From Mycobacteriales bacterium (lineage in GTDB: Bacteria > Actinomycetota > Actinomycetes > Mycobacteriales > Pseudonocardiaceae), in assembly GCA_038257875.1 (NCBI GenBank), contig JBBSQN010000002.1:20276-84275 (forward strand): DNA of 64,000 bases, written 5' to 3'. Of the stretch, positions 11,741 to 21,591 are shown piece after piece (the stretch's first letter is position 1; each line of letters starts with the position of its first letter). Under the pieces are notes generated by a model. The model was not told where the DNA came from. It did no database searches and saw nothing but the letters and a program-made list of their open reading frames with translations. The translations under genes were made by a program, and so were the position numbers.

Positions 11741-12393
11741 TCGACTGGGACTGGGACTACGCGATCAGAATCCTGCCGGCGCTGCTGGGCGGGTTGCGGG
11801 TGACAGTGCTGGCGACGCTGCTCGGCTCCGTGCTGGCGTTCGCCCTCGGCCTGGTGTTCGCGGTCGTCCGACGCAACCGGGTGCCGGTGCTCAACCAGCT
11901 GGTCTGGGGGTTCGTCGAGCTGTGGCGGAGCACCCCGCTGCTGGTGCAGGCCTATCTGATCTTCTTCGTGCTCCCCGATGTGGGGGTCACGCTGAGCCCG
12001 CTGACCGCAGGGGTGCTCGCTCTGGGCCTGCACTACGCCTGTTACACCTCGGAGGTCTACCGCGCCGGTATCGACGCCGTGCCGCAGGGACAGTGGGAGG
12101 CGGCCACCGCGCTCAGCCTTCCGACGTCGCGGGTGTGGCTCGGGGTCGTCCTGCCCCAGGCGATCCCGCGCGTGCTGCCCGCTCTCGGGAACAACGTGAT
12201 CTCGATGTTCAAGGAGGTTCCGCTGCTGCTGGCGATCACCGTTGTCGAGGTCGTCGCCACGGCACGACAGATCACGGCCGGGAGCTTCCGGCCGGTGGAG
12301 CCTTTCACCATGGCCGGCATCCTGTTCCTGCTGATCAGCTACCCGGCTGCGATCCTGATTCGGAGATTGGAGCGTCGTGTCGGTGTCCTCTGA
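11737..12393 (+). CDS. ABC transporter permease (EhuD-like)
   Basis: ATG at 11737 overlaps the previous stop (ATGA). EAA loop AGIDAVPQGQWEAATALSLPTSRVWLGVVLPQA. The upstream part of ORF 11386..12393 is a shadow frame. Confidence 0.85.
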   Translation: MIDWDWDYAIRILPALLGGLRVTVLATLLGSVLAFALGLVFAVVRRNRVPVLNQLVWGFVELWRSTPLLVQAYLIFFVLPDVGVTLSPLTAGVLALGLHYACYTSEVYRAGIDAVPQGQWEAATALSLPTSRVWLGVVLPQAIPRVLPALGNNVISMFKEVPLLLAITVVEVVATARQITAGSFRPVEPFTMAGILFLLISYPAAILIRRLERRVGVL

Positions 12394-13162
12394 ACCGATG
12401 ATCGTCTTCGCTGGCGTGGAGAAGCGCTTCGGCGACAACGTCGTGCTCTCCGACCTCGACTTCACCGTCGCGCCCGCCGAGCACGTCACGTTGATCGGCC
12501 CGTCGGGATCGGGCAAGACGACGATCCTGCGACTGCTCATGACCTTGGAGAAGGTCAACGCCGGTACCATCAGCGTGGGCGGGCGCTACCTCTCGCATAT
12601 GGAGAAGGGTGGCACGCTCGTCCCGGCCGACGAGAAGTACTCGCGCGAGGTCCGCAAGCGCATCGGCATGGTGTTCCAGCAGTTCAACCTGTTCCCGAAC
12701 ATGACCGTGCGGGGCAACCTCATCGAGGCGCCGACCCGAGTCCTCGGGCTCTCCAAGGAGGAGGCGAACTCCCGCGCTGTGGAGCTGCTCGACCTCGTCG
12801 GGCTGGGGGAGAAGATCGACGAGCACCCCTCGCGGCTGTCCGGCGGGCAGCAGCAGCGGGTGGCCATCGCCCGGGCGCTGGCCATGCGGCCCGACGTGCT
12901 GCTGCTCGACGAGGTGACCTCGGCGTTGGACCCGGAGCTGGTGGCCGGCGTGCTCTCGTTGCTGCGTGACATCGGTGAGACCACCGACATCACGATCCTG
13001 TGCGTCACCCACGAGATGGGGTTCGCGCAGGACTTCTCGCACCGCGTCATGATGTTCGACGGCGGGAAGGTGATCGAGGACGCGGCTCCGGACCAGATGT
13101 TCAGCGCGCCGGAACATCCGCGGACCAAGGAGTTCCTGGCGGCGGTTCTGAACCGGAGCTGA
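12377..13162 (+). CDS. ABC transporter ATP-binding protein (EhuA-like)
   Basis: Walker A GPSGSGKT, ABC signature LSGGQQQRVAIARAL and Walker B LLLDEVTSALD. It overlaps the end of the permease gene. Confidence 0.9.
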   Translation: MSVSSEPMIVFAGVEKRFGDNVVLSDLDFTVAPAEHVTLIGPSGSGKTTILRLLMTLEKVNAGTISVGGRYLSHMEKGGTLVPADEKYSREVRKRIGMVFQQFNLFPNMTVRGNLIEAPTRVLGLSKEEANSRAVELLDLVGLGEKIDEHPSRLSGGQQQRVAIARALAMRPDVLLLDEVTSALDPELVAGVLSLLRDIGETTDITILCVTHEMGFAQDFSHRVMMFDGGKVIEDAAPDQMFSAPEHPRTKEFLAAVLNRS

Positions 13163-13180
13163 GTCAGCCAGTGCTCACCA

Positions 13181-13543
13181 TCAGCCCTGGGTCGTGAACC
13201 ATGCGTTGCTGCTCGACCGGTACTGCAACACGGTCGCTGGTAGGACCAGGAGCACGGGCCACAGCCCGATCAGTGTGACCACACTGGCCGCGACCAGCGC
13301 GCATCGGACGTCGACGTCCTGCTTCAGCTTCCTCCCCAGGACGACGACGAGCACCCCGATGCTCATCATGGCGATGACTATCGGGGTTGAGAAGAGCTCC
13401 GGATGGGGCAAGGGCACGAGTCCGCCCAGCACGAGAATCGTCCCGAGGGCTATCCACAGCGACGACGCGATAACAACGGGTCGGGGAACAGCAGGCCGGG
13501 GCGGTGTGGTCGCGCCCGGCGATGAATGGGTGTGTTCGCTCAC
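13181..13543 (-). CDS. Small integral membrane protein (about 120 aa)
   Basis: The C-terminal 100 aa of ORF 13181..14119 form 3-4 hydrophobic helices. A GTG at 13543 is the most plausible start. The upstream part of that ORF is the antisense shadow of the enoyl-CoA hydratase gene. Confidence 0.45.
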   Translation of the reverse strand: MSEHTHSSPGATTPPRPAVPRPVVIASSLWIALGTILVLGGLVPLPHPELFSTPIVIAMMSIGVLVVVLGRKLKQDVDVRCALVAASVVTLIGLWPVLLVLPATVLQYRSSSNAWFTTQG

Positions 13544-13761
13544 GCGGTGGAGTCTGGCGGTTGCTATCGGGGACCGGTCCCCGGTGGCTCGTGGTCCTCT
13601 GCTCCCAGAGATACGTGGGCGTCGAGAGGACGGGTAGCGCCGATGGACGGTGGTCACGGCAGTGTGGGATGGGGTGGCAGCTCGGGGTGGGACGGCGATC
13701 CGTCGTGCTGGTCGTGGCCGTGATCGCCGGATACCTGGTCTACGGCGGCGGTGCGGCGTCG

Positions 13762-14535
13762 TCAGTCGGGCCAGACCGCCGGGCGCTTCTCCAGGAACGC
13801 CGCCATGCCCTCGCGGGCCCCGGGACTCTGCGACAGCGACGCCATCACCTCGACCGCGATCGCGTAGGCGTCGGCCTCGGTGCGGTCGAGCTGCGCGTAG
13901 AGGGTCTGCTTGCCCACGCCCTTGCCGAAGCGGCTGCCGCGGGTGGCGCGGGCCAGCAGGTCCTCGACGCGGGCGTCCAGCTCGTCGTCGGGAACCGCGT
14001 AGTTGACCAGTCCCCACTCGGCGGCGGTCGCCGCGTCGATCGGGTCGCCGGTCAGGGCCAGCTCCATGAGCCGCTTGCGGCCGACACTGCGAGCCACCGG
14101 CACGGCCGGGGTGTGGCAAAACCAGCCACCCTTGCCGCCGGGCAGTGCGAACGAGGCCGACTCGGCGGCCACGGCCAGGTCGCAGGACGCCACGAGCTGG
14201 CAGCCCGCGGCGGTGGCGATCGCCTGCACGCGGGCGATCACAACCTGGGGCACCTCCTGGATGGTGCGCATGACCGTCGTACAGAGCCGCAGCAGGTCGC
14301 GGACCCCTTCCAGATCGCGGGCGGCGACGTCGGCGAAGTCGTGGCCGGCGGAGAACGCCCTGCCCTCGGCGGCGAGCACGATGCCGGTGGCCGCGGATCG
14401 GCCCGCGGCCTCGAACGCGTCGAGGAGCTCGCGCAGGTGGGCCTCGGACAGCGCGTTGCGCCGCTCGGGCCGGTTCATCGTGATCCGCACCGTGTCGCCG
14501 TCGTGTTTGACCAGCAGATTCTCGTAGTCGGCCAT
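13762..14535 (-). CDS. Enoyl-CoA hydratase/isomerase (crotonase) family protein
   Basis: 257 aa with the crotonase fold pattern (ITMNRPERRNALS...FSAGHDF...VIARVQAIATAAGCQL...CD). Confidence 0.9.
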   Translation of the reverse strand: MADYENLLVKHDGDTVRITMNRPERRNALSEAHLRELLDAFEAAGRSAATGIVLAAEGRAFSAGHDFADVAARDLEGVRDLLRLCTTVMRTIQEVPQVVIARVQAIATAAGCQLVASCDLAVAAESASFALPGGKGGWFCHTPAVPVARSVGRKRLMELALTGDPIDAATAAEWGLVNYAVPDDELDARVEDLLARATRGSRFGKGVGKQTLYAQLDRTEADAYAIAVEVMASLSQSPGAREGMAAFLEKRPAVWPD

Positions 14536-14566
14536 GTGGTGACGGTAACCCGGATCGGCCTCTCGG

Positions 14567-15379
14567 TCACCAGTCGAGGAGGTCGATCTCCGCGAGATCC
14601 GGCGGTACCAGCGTGGTCGTCAGCAGCAGTTCGGTGATCAGGTTGTGGTTCAGCGTGTTGCCGACCGGTTCGCCCACCTCGTCCCGGGTCAGGCCCGGCA
14701 CCCCGGCCGCCGAGAGGCGAGTGCGTACCTGTTCGACGAGCCGCTCGACCCGTCGCGTCCCCCAGCTGGCGTCGCCGGTGATCGTGGCGAGGTCTTCGGC
14801 CGCCTGGCCCCAGGCCAGCGGTTGGGCATAGGTGTCGTGGCACAGATAGCGACGGCTCAGGACGAGCAGGGCGAGCCGTTCGTTCGGACTGAGCTTCCAT
14901 ATCTCGGGTCTGCTCGTCGGCTCGCTCCCGCTCCGGTGCCCGGACTGCGGATGCGGAGGCGCCACCACGACCGCCTCCAGGACATGCGCCGGGCCGTGAC
15001 GGTGCTTGACGATGATCGGGGTGTAGCCGGTGGGCATCGGCGTCGACGCACCTGTCAGCAGGTTCACCGATCCTGGCAGCCGTAGCGGCAGCCTGCCGTC
15101 GTTGGCGAGGACCCAGCCGCCGTGGCGGAGCAGGATCCGGCCGTGCTCGCGGCTCATGTAGCGGTCCTCGACGCCGACGGCGACGTGCACGTTCAGCTCG
15201 TCGCGGCCGAAGACGACGGTGAAGTCGCGTGTCGGTGGGACGGTGATGCCACCCTTGGTCGACCGGACGTAGAGCGTTCCCGGCGGCGAGGTCGGGACTC
15301 CGGCGGCCAGGCTGGCCCCGGACGCATCCAGCAGCCGGACTCCCGGCTCACGATCGCTCCGTCCTCTTCCCATGGTCAC
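14567..15379 (-). CDS. FHA-domain protein with a C-terminal helical (HTH-like) region
   Basis: FHA-type core VVFGRDE..V.V.VGVEDRYMSREHGRILLRHGGWVLANDG. It lies directly downstream of the Ser/Thr kinase on the same strand. Confidence 0.7.
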   Translation of the reverse strand: MTMGRGRSDREPGVRLLDASGASLAAGVPTSPPGTLYVRSTKGGITVPPTRDFTVVFGRDELNVHVAVGVEDRYMSREHGRILLRHGGWVLANDGRLPLRLPGSVNLLTGASTPMPTGYTPIIVKHRHGPAHVLEAVVVAPPHPQSGHRSGSEPTSRPEIWKLSPNERLALLVLSRRYLCHDTYAQPLAWGQAAEDLATITGDASWGTRRVERLVEQVRTRLSAAGVPGLTRDEVGEPVGNTLNHNLITELLLTTTLVPPDLAEIDLLDW

Positions 15380-15534
15380 TTCCCCGGTGTGGGCCTCGGC
15401 AGTTCGTTACGGGGCCATCGTGGCGCGTCGTACCGGGGACCGGTCCCCACCACCCACCGGTACTCATCGTGCCCAGCACCCTTCCGGCGACCCCGGGTCG
15501 GCCGAACGCGCTGCTGAGCCACCGCTCGGACCTG

Positions 15535-16793
15535 TCAGGGTGGTGGCAGCGCCGCGGCCACGGTGGTGGCGATCTCCTTGGCAGGCTCGCACAGCTGATC
15601 GTGCGGTAGCGGGCCGAAGAATTCGATCTTGACGTCGACCTCGGTTCCGGGTGTGGGCACCACGCTGACGTCGCAGCGTGCGAACCCGCCGACGTCGGTC
15701 TCGCTGGTGGCAGTGCCGAAACCCTGCAACGCGTCACGGTCGATGAGTGCGCACGGGTCTGCTGTGCGAATGTCGCCCAGCAAACCTGTCGCGATCACCA
15801 GGGTCGAGGTCGCGGGGGGTGGGGCGGCCGGCTCTGGGGGCTGCACCTCGGTGGACCCGGTGGGCAGGAGCGTTCGGAACCCGACTATCAGCGCCACCAG
15901 CGCCACCCCGGCGAGAACGGCCGTGGGTAGCCACCGTCGGTGGCGGCCCAGCAGCCCGGTACCCGTCGGGAGTGGTTCTTCCACAGGGACCGGGGGTCGT
16001 CCGCCGCCTCCCGGAGCAGCGTCGCGCCGTCGTCGGTCTGTCGGGGCGCGCGCCAGCAGCGTCCGCAGCACCGGTTCCAGCGGGCCTGCGCCGGGCGGGA
16101 ACTCGACCTTGCAGCCGCGTATCCTCCGCATGATCATCGATGGGTCTCCGTCGGTCCCGAACGGCGGGGCTCCGAACACGGCCGCGTACAGCGTGGATCC
16201 GAGGGAGAACACGTCCGAGGCTGGAGACTCGGTCTGTCCGTCCGCGACCTCGGGAGACATGTAGGCCGCGGTGCCGGTCGCACCCCCGTCGGTGAACGTC
16301 GCGTCGGCTGCCCGCCGAGCGATCCCGAAGTCGGTGAGCTTCGCGTGGTCGTGCGCGCCATCGCCCTGGATCCGTCGGAAGAGCACGTTGCCGGGCTTCA
16401 CGTCGCGGTGCACCAGTTTGATGTGATGCGCGGCGGCCAGTGCCTCGGCGATCTGGGCGCCGATGCGCGCCGTGCGGCGTGGTTCCAGCCGCCCGCTCTC
16501 GATCAGCTCGGCGAGGCTCGGCGACAGGATGTATTCCATGACCAGCCACGGATGACCGTCGTCGTCGAACACCACGTCATGCAGGGCCACGACATGCTCG
16601 TGCTCCAGGCTCGCGGCGTGCCGGGCTTCGCGGCGCATCCGCCGTGCCTCGTCGGCGTTCCCGGGGTCGCGCGCCTGCTTGAGTGCCACCGTGCGCGACA
16701 GCTGAGTGTCGGTCTCCCGCCAGACACACCCATGCCGCCGGATCCGATCTTGCACTCGAGCCGGTACCGGCCAGCGATGAGTTGCTGCGACAC
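15535..16793 (-). pseudogene. Ser/Thr protein kinase (Hanks type) with an extracellular C-terminal domain, reading frame broken in the P-loop
   Basis: The N-terminus MSQQLIAGRYRLECKIGSGGMGV is in the frame of ORF 16503..16793. The rest (VWRETDTQLSRTVALK...HRDVKPGN...DFG...SPE) is in the frame of ORF 15535..16755. The two frames join if one nucleotide is restored in GGTGTG^TCTGG at about 16724/16725. Confidence 0.78.
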
Positions 16794-16893
16794 ACCACGC
16801 TCCCCGATCCCCCCATTTATGCCGCCGCGGAGTGTAGCGATGGCACCCGTCTGGAGTACCGCTAGCCCGCAGGTGCGCGCCTATCCTGACTGC

Positions 16894-17637
16894 ATGACCA
16901 TATCTGAATCTGGGTCATTCGAACGACAGAGGGAGACTGCAGCCTTGGCTCCGGCCGAGGACCGGGCGGATCGGGTGCTCGACGCGGCGGCGGAGCTGCT
17001 GGTCCGTTGGGGGTACCAGCGGGTCACCATCGACGAGGTCGCGCGGCACGCGGGGATCGGCAAGGGCACCGTGTACCTGCACTTCCGCACCAAGGACGCC
17101 CTGTTTCTCACGGTGTTGCTGCGCGCGCACCGCCATGTCGTCGCCGCGATGGCGGACCGGATGGCCGCCGACCCGGCCGAGGCGCTGCCGGCCCGGATGA
17201 TGCGGTCGATCTACCTCGATCTCGTCGCGGATCCGGTCTTCCGGCCGCTCTACCTCGGCGACGGCGAGATCCTCGGTAGGCTGGCGCACGAGGCCAGCGC
17301 GACGACCGACGAGCTCGCCCGGCGGCGTGAGCAGGTGTTGCGGGCCCAGTTCGACCTGCTCCGCGGCGCGGGCTGCCTGCGTACCGACCTCGACGTCGAC
17401 GCCCAGCTGCACGTCTTCGCGGCCGTCGGGACGGGCTTTTTCGTCGTCGACGCCCAACCGGTGGCACCGCCGGATCCGCGGGTGCGAGCCGACCTCCTCG
17501 AGTACGCGCTCGCGACCGCCCTCCAGTTACCGGAGGCACGGTGGGACGCCGCTGCGCAGGTCGCCCCCGAGATCGCCGAGCGTTACCGATCACTGATCAC
17601 CCACATCGACCACGAATGGCGCCGCCGCGCCCGGTGA
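16894..17637 (+). CDS. TetR/AcrR family transcriptional regulator
   Basis: In-frame ATG at 16894. The N-terminal HTH is YQRVTIDEVARHAGIGKGTVYLHFRTKDALF. The long upstream extension in ORF 15940..17637 is the antisense shadow of the kinase gene. Confidence 0.88.
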   Translation: MTISESGSFERQRETAALAPAEDRADRVLDAAAELLVRWGYQRVTIDEVARHAGIGKGTVYLHFRTKDALFLTVLLRAHRHVVAAMADRMAADPAEALPARMMRSIYLDLVADPVFRPLYLGDGEILGRLAHEASATTDELARRREQVLRAQFDLLRGAGCLRTDLDVDAQLHVFAAVGTGFFVVDAQPVAPPDPRVRADLLEYALATALQLPEARWDAAAQVAPEIAERYRSLITHIDHEWRRRAR

Positions 17638-17647
17638 CCCCGGGCCG

Positions 17648-18904
17648 GTGCCGCCGGAGACGGAGCCCGAGATGACCGCGAACCCGTCCATCGAACCGGA
17701 CCTGATGGACCCCGAGCTGGTCGCCGACCCCCGCGGTGGCTACGGCCGGCTGCGCGAGCAGGCACCGGTGCTGCGCGGACGGGCGATGGACGGCAGTCCG
17801 GCCTGGTACGTGACGCGCCAGCAGGACGTGCGCACCGTGCTGGGCGACCACCGGTTCGTCACCAGCGCCGTGTCCGTGCCGGGCGTGGAGGTCGACACCG
17901 TCCGTGACCACCAGCTCGAGATGCTCGGCGTGCCCCGAGACCTCACCGGCTATCTCACCGACACGATCCTCGACCTCGACGGCGCCGACCACATCCGGCT
18001 GCGCAAGCTGGTGGCGCGCGCGTTCACCGTGCGCCGCGTCGCCGACCTCCGGCCACGGGTCGAGGAGATCGCGGACCTGCTGCTCGACCGCTTGGCCGAA
18101 CCGGTCGACCTGATCGAGTCCTTCGCCTACCCGCTGCCGATCACCGTGATCTGCGAGCTCGTGGGCGTGCCCGAGGCGGACCGCCCGGCCTGGCGGGCGT
18201 GGAGCACCGCGCTGGCGACGATGAACCCGCAGACGGTGCCCGGCGCGGTGCGGGACATGGTCGAGCACGTGCGCGATCTCGTCGGGCGCCGGCGGGCGGC
18301 ACCGGCCGAGGACCTGCTCAGCGGGCTCGTGCACGCCCAGGACGAGAACGGTGACCGGCTCACCGACGCCGAGCTGGTGGCCATGGTGTTCACCCTGGTG
18401 ATCGCCGGTCACGAGACCACCGCGCACCTGATCGGTAACGGCACCGTCGCCCTGCTCGCCCATCCCGACCAGCTCGACCTGCTCCGCCGGGACCCCGGCC
18501 GCTGGCCCGCCGCGGTGCACGAGCTGCTGCGCTGGTGCGGGCCGGTGCAGGTCACTCGGCTGCGCTACGCCGCGGCGGACGTCGAGCTCGGTGGCGTTCG
18601 GATCCGGGCGGGCGAGGCCGTGCAGGCCGTGCTGGTGTCGGCCAACTTCGACCCGCGCGTGTATGCCGACCCCGACCGGTTCGACGTGACGCGGCGTCCG
18701 TCCGGGCGGGGCGACGGGCACGTCGGCTTCGGGTACGGCGCGCACTACTGCCTGGGAGCGGCGCTGGCCCGGCAGGAGGCCGAGGTGGCGCTGCGCGCCC
18801 TGTTCACCCGGTTCCCCGACCTCACGCTCGTCGTCGACGAGCCAGCCTGGGCGCAGATCCCGGGCGTGCGCCGGCTAACCGAGCTACCGGTCCGGCTGCG
18901 CTGA
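17648..18904 (+). CDS. Cytochrome P450
   Basis: Heme-binding loop FGYGAHYCLGAALA, I-helix AGHETT and an ExxR motif (HELLR). The start is uncertain (GTG 17648 or ATG 17672). Confidence 0.9.
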   Translation: MPPETEPEMTANPSIEPDLMDPELVADPRGGYGRLREQAPVLRGRAMDGSPAWYVTRQQDVRTVLGDHRFVTSAVSVPGVEVDTVRDHQLEMLGVPRDLTGYLTDTILDLDGADHIRLRKLVARAFTVRRVADLRPRVEEIADLLLDRLAEPVDLIESFAYPLPITVICELVGVPEADRPAWRAWSTALATMNPQTVPGAVRDMVEHVRDLVGRRRAAPAEDLLSGLVHAQDENGDRLTDAELVAMVFTLVIAGHETTAHLIGNGTVALLAHPDQLDLLRRDPGRWPAAVHELLRWCGPVQVTRLRYAAADVELGGVRIRAGEAVQAVLVSANFDPRVYADPDRFDVTRRPSGRGDGHVGFGYGAHYCLGAALARQEAEVALRALFTRFPDLTLVVDEPAWAQIPGVRRLTELPVRLR

Positions 18905-18958
18905 CGCGCCTGTGCGCGGAAATCGTCGCCGGGGCGACGATTTCCGCGCACAGGCGCG
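18905..18958 (+). terminator. Perfect 26-bp inverted repeat immediately after the P450 stop codon
   Basis: CGCGCCTGTGCGCGGAAATCGTCGCC (18905-18930) is the exact reverse complement of 18933-18958. No T-tract follows. Confidence 0.55.
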
Positions 18959-19009
18959 GAGCGCGATCCCGGGCTCTGCTGCTGTCGCGTCGCCGCCTAC
19001 CCTCGCCGG

Positions 19010-19669
19010 GTGCGTCTCGTCATCGCCCGCTGCCAGGTGGACTACGTCGGCCGCCTCACCGCGCACCTGCCCATGGCGCCGCGCCTGCTGCTGGTCAAGG
19101 CGGACGGGTCGGTGAGCGTGCACGCCGACGACCGTGCTTACAAGCCGCTGAACTGGATGAGCCCGCCGTGCTGGCTCGAGGAGCAGCCCGGCGTGTGGAC
19201 GGTGCGCAACAAGGGCGACGAGTCGCTCGTCATCACCATCGACGAGGTGCTGCACGACACCAGCCACACCCTCGGCGTGGACCCCGGCTTGATGAAGGAC
19301 GGCGTCGAGGCGCACCTACAGGAGCTGCTGGCCGCGCATCCCGGCGTGCTCGGCGACGGATTCACGCTGGTCCGTCGCGAGTACATGACCGCCATCGGTC
19401 CGGTCGACCTGCTCTGTCGCGACGGCGCCGGCGGCAGCGTCGCCGTCGAGATCAAGCGCCGCGGCGAGATCGACGGCGTCGAGCAGCTCACTCGCTACCT
19501 CGAGCTGATGAACCGGGACCCGCTGCTCGCGCCGGTGGCGGGGGTGTTCGCCGCCCAGCAGATCAAACCGCAGGCTCAGACGCTCGCCCTGGACCGCGGC
19601 ATCCGCTGCGTCGTCGTCGACTACGACGCGCTACGTGGCGTCGAGTCCGACGACCTGCGGCTGTTCTGA
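19010..19669 (+). CDS. nucS: Endonuclease NucS (EndoMS), non-canonical mismatch repair
   Basis: 219 aa with an N-terminus MRLVIARC.V.Y.GRL...L and a C-terminal RecB-like nuclease motif (GPVDLLCRD...[20 protein letters not shown]). Confidence 0.93.
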   Translation: MRLVIARCQVDYVGRLTAHLPMAPRLLLVKADGSVSVHADDRAYKPLNWMSPPCWLEEQPGVWTVRNKGDESLVITIDEVLHDTSHTLGVDPGLMKDGVEAHLQELLAAHPGVLGDGFTLVRREYMTAIGPVDLLCRDGAGGSVAVEIKRRGEIDGVEQLTRYLELMNRDPLLAPVAGVFAAQQIKPQAQTLALDRGIRCVVVDYDALRGVESDDLRLF

Positions 19670-19738
19670 TAGTTCTGACGGTGCACGAGGCCGCCGTCGG
19701 CTCGTGCGGCCCCGTGCTCGGGGCATACGCTGGGCGTC

Positions 19739-21223
19739 GTGACCGCCACCGAAGCGCCTGCTGAACTCGCCCCGGCGACCTTCGACTCCCTCGACCCCGG
19801 CACCGGTGCGGTCGTCGGCACCCATCCGGTGCACGACGCGGTCGCCGTCGAGGCCGCGGTCGCGCGCGCCGCGAGCGCCGCTCAGTGGTGGGCCGAGCTG
19901 GGCTTCGCCGAGCGCAGGCGGCGGCTGGGACAGTGGCGCAAGGCCATCGTGCGCCGGCTCGACGACCTCGCCCGGATCGTCTGTGACGAGACCGGCAAGC
20001 CCGTGGACGACGCCCGGCTCGAGTTCGTGCTGGCGATTGAGCACCTGGACTGGGCTGCGCGCAACGCCGAGAAGGTGCTGGGGCGGCGCGCGGTCTCCCC
20101 GGGCCTGCTGATGGGCAACCAGGCGGCGTCGCTGCGCTACGCCCCGATCGGTGTCGTCGGCGTCATCGGGCCCTGGAACTACCCGGTGTTCACGCCGATG
20201 GGCTCGATCGCCTACGCCCTCGCGGCCGGCAACGCCGTGGTGTTCAAGCCCAGCGAGCTGACGCCGGGTGTGGGGGTCGCGCTGGCCGACACGCTCGCCG
20301 AGATCGTCGAGGGCAGGGCGCTGTTCCAGGTCGTGACGGGCTTCGGCGAGACCGGCGCGGCGCTGTGCCGGGCACCGGGTATCGGCAAGATCGCGTTCAC
20401 CGGATCCACCGCCACCGGCAAGCGCGTGATGGCCGCCTGCGCCGAGACGCTCACACCGGTGCTCATCGAGTGCGGCGGCAAGGATCCGCTGATCGTCGAC
20501 TCCGACGCCGACCTGGCCGCCGCCGCCGACGCGACCGTGTGGGGCGCCATGTCCAACGCCGGCCAGACCTGCGTGGGTGTCGAGCGGGTGTACGTGCTCG
20601 ATGCCGTTGCCGACGAGTTCATCGCGAAGGTGGTTGCCAAGGCGCGTGCCCTGCGCCCCGGCGTGCAGTTCGGCCCTATGACGCTGGCCGCGCAGACCGA
20701 GACCGTGCGTAGGCACGTCCAGGATGCGCTGGCCCGAGGCGGACGCGCGGTCCTCGGCGGGGTCGAGTCGGTGCGACCGCCGTTCGTCGAGCCGGTGGTG
20801 ATCGTCGAGGTCCCCGAGGACAGCACCGCCGTCACCGAGGAGACGTTCGGGCCGGTGCTCGTCGTCAACCGGGTGCCGGACGTGGACGAGGCTGTGCGCC
20901 GCGCCAACGCCACCGGCTACGGCCTGGGCGCCACGGTGTTCTCGGCGCGTCGTGGCGAGGAGATCGCGACGCGGCTGCGTTGCGGGATGGTCGCGGTCAA
21001 CAACGTGATCTCCTTTGCGGGCATGCCCAGCCTGCCGTTCGGGGGAGTCGGTGACTCCGGTTTCGGGCGGATCCACGGCGAGGACGGGTTGCGCGAGTTC
21101 ACCCGGCCGCAAGCCGTGGCGCGGCAGCGGTTCGCGTTGCCCATCGCCGTGACCAGCTTTCGGCGCACCGGCCGTGGCATGAAGGCCCTGATCGGGATCG
21201 TGCGGCTGCGCCACGGCCGCTGA
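19739..21223 (+). CDS. NAD(P)-dependent aldehyde dehydrogenase
   Basis: Catalytic motifs ELGGKDP-like (IECGGKDP) and the Cys motif SNAGQTCVGVERVYV. 494 aa. Confidence 0.9.
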   Translation: MTATEAPAELAPATFDSLDPGTGAVVGTHPVHDAVAVEAAVARAASAAQWWAELGFAERRRRLGQWRKAIVRRLDDLARIVCDETGKPVDDARLEFVLAIEHLDWAARNAEKVLGRRAVSPGLLMGNQAASLRYAPIGVVGVIGPWNYPVFTPMGSIAYALAAGNAVVFKPSELTPGVGVALADTLAEIVEGRALFQVVTGFGETGAALCRAPGIGKIAFTGSTATGKRVMAACAETLTPVLIECGGKDPLIVDSDADLAAAADATVWGAMSNAGQTCVGVERVYVLDAVADEFIAKVVAKARALRPGVQFGPMTLAAQTETVRRHVQDALARGGRAVLGGVESVRPPFVEPVVIVEVPEDSTAVTEETFGPVLVVNRVPDVDEAVRRANATGYGLGATVFSARRGEEIATRLRCGMVAVNNVISFAGMPSLPFGGVGDSGFGRIHGEDGLREFTRPQAVARQRFALPIAVTSFRRTGRGMKALIGIVRLRHGR

Positions 21224-21252
21224 GCCGGCGCGCTGACGTCCGTTCACCCTCC

Positions 21253-21552
21253 GTGCCCCGATCTCCTCGGCCGCGACGCTCCGCGCGATTGCCCGAGTAC
21301 CACGTGCCGCTACGGCCGGCGTCGTTCACCCGTGCTGAGAGCGGGCCCGATGGGGAGTGGCTGGTGCGTAGCGTGCCCGGCTCGTCGTCAACGAAGACCT
21401 ACCGCTGCCCGGGGTGCGACCAGCTTGTTCCCGCCGGCACGCCGCACGTCGTGACCTGGCCGGCCGCGGGGTACGGATCCGTGGCGGATCGCCGACACTG
21501 GCACTGCCCCTGCTGGGCTGCCCGCACCCGCCGCCGTCCAGGCAGCCGCTGA
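21253..21552 (+). CDS. Small conserved zinc-ribbon protein
   Basis: 99 aa with paired Cys/His motifs, CPGC...HWHCPC. It occupies the position of a small conserved gene near nucS/fadA in mycobacterial synteny (from memory). Confidence 0.55.
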   Translation: MPRSPRPRRSARLPEYHVPLRPASFTRAESGPDGEWLVRSVPGSSSTKTYRCPGCDQLVPAGTPHVVTWPAAGYGSVADRRHWHCPCWAARTRRRPGSR

Positions 21553-21591
21553 GCGTTGCTCCGGGCTCCGAGGCTCGACGACACCGTGCGC

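Noticed and set aside
13504-14637. 377-aa plus-strand ORF
   Set aside because: It is antisense to the enoyl-CoA hydratase gene, which has clear crotonase motifs, and has shadow-frame composition.
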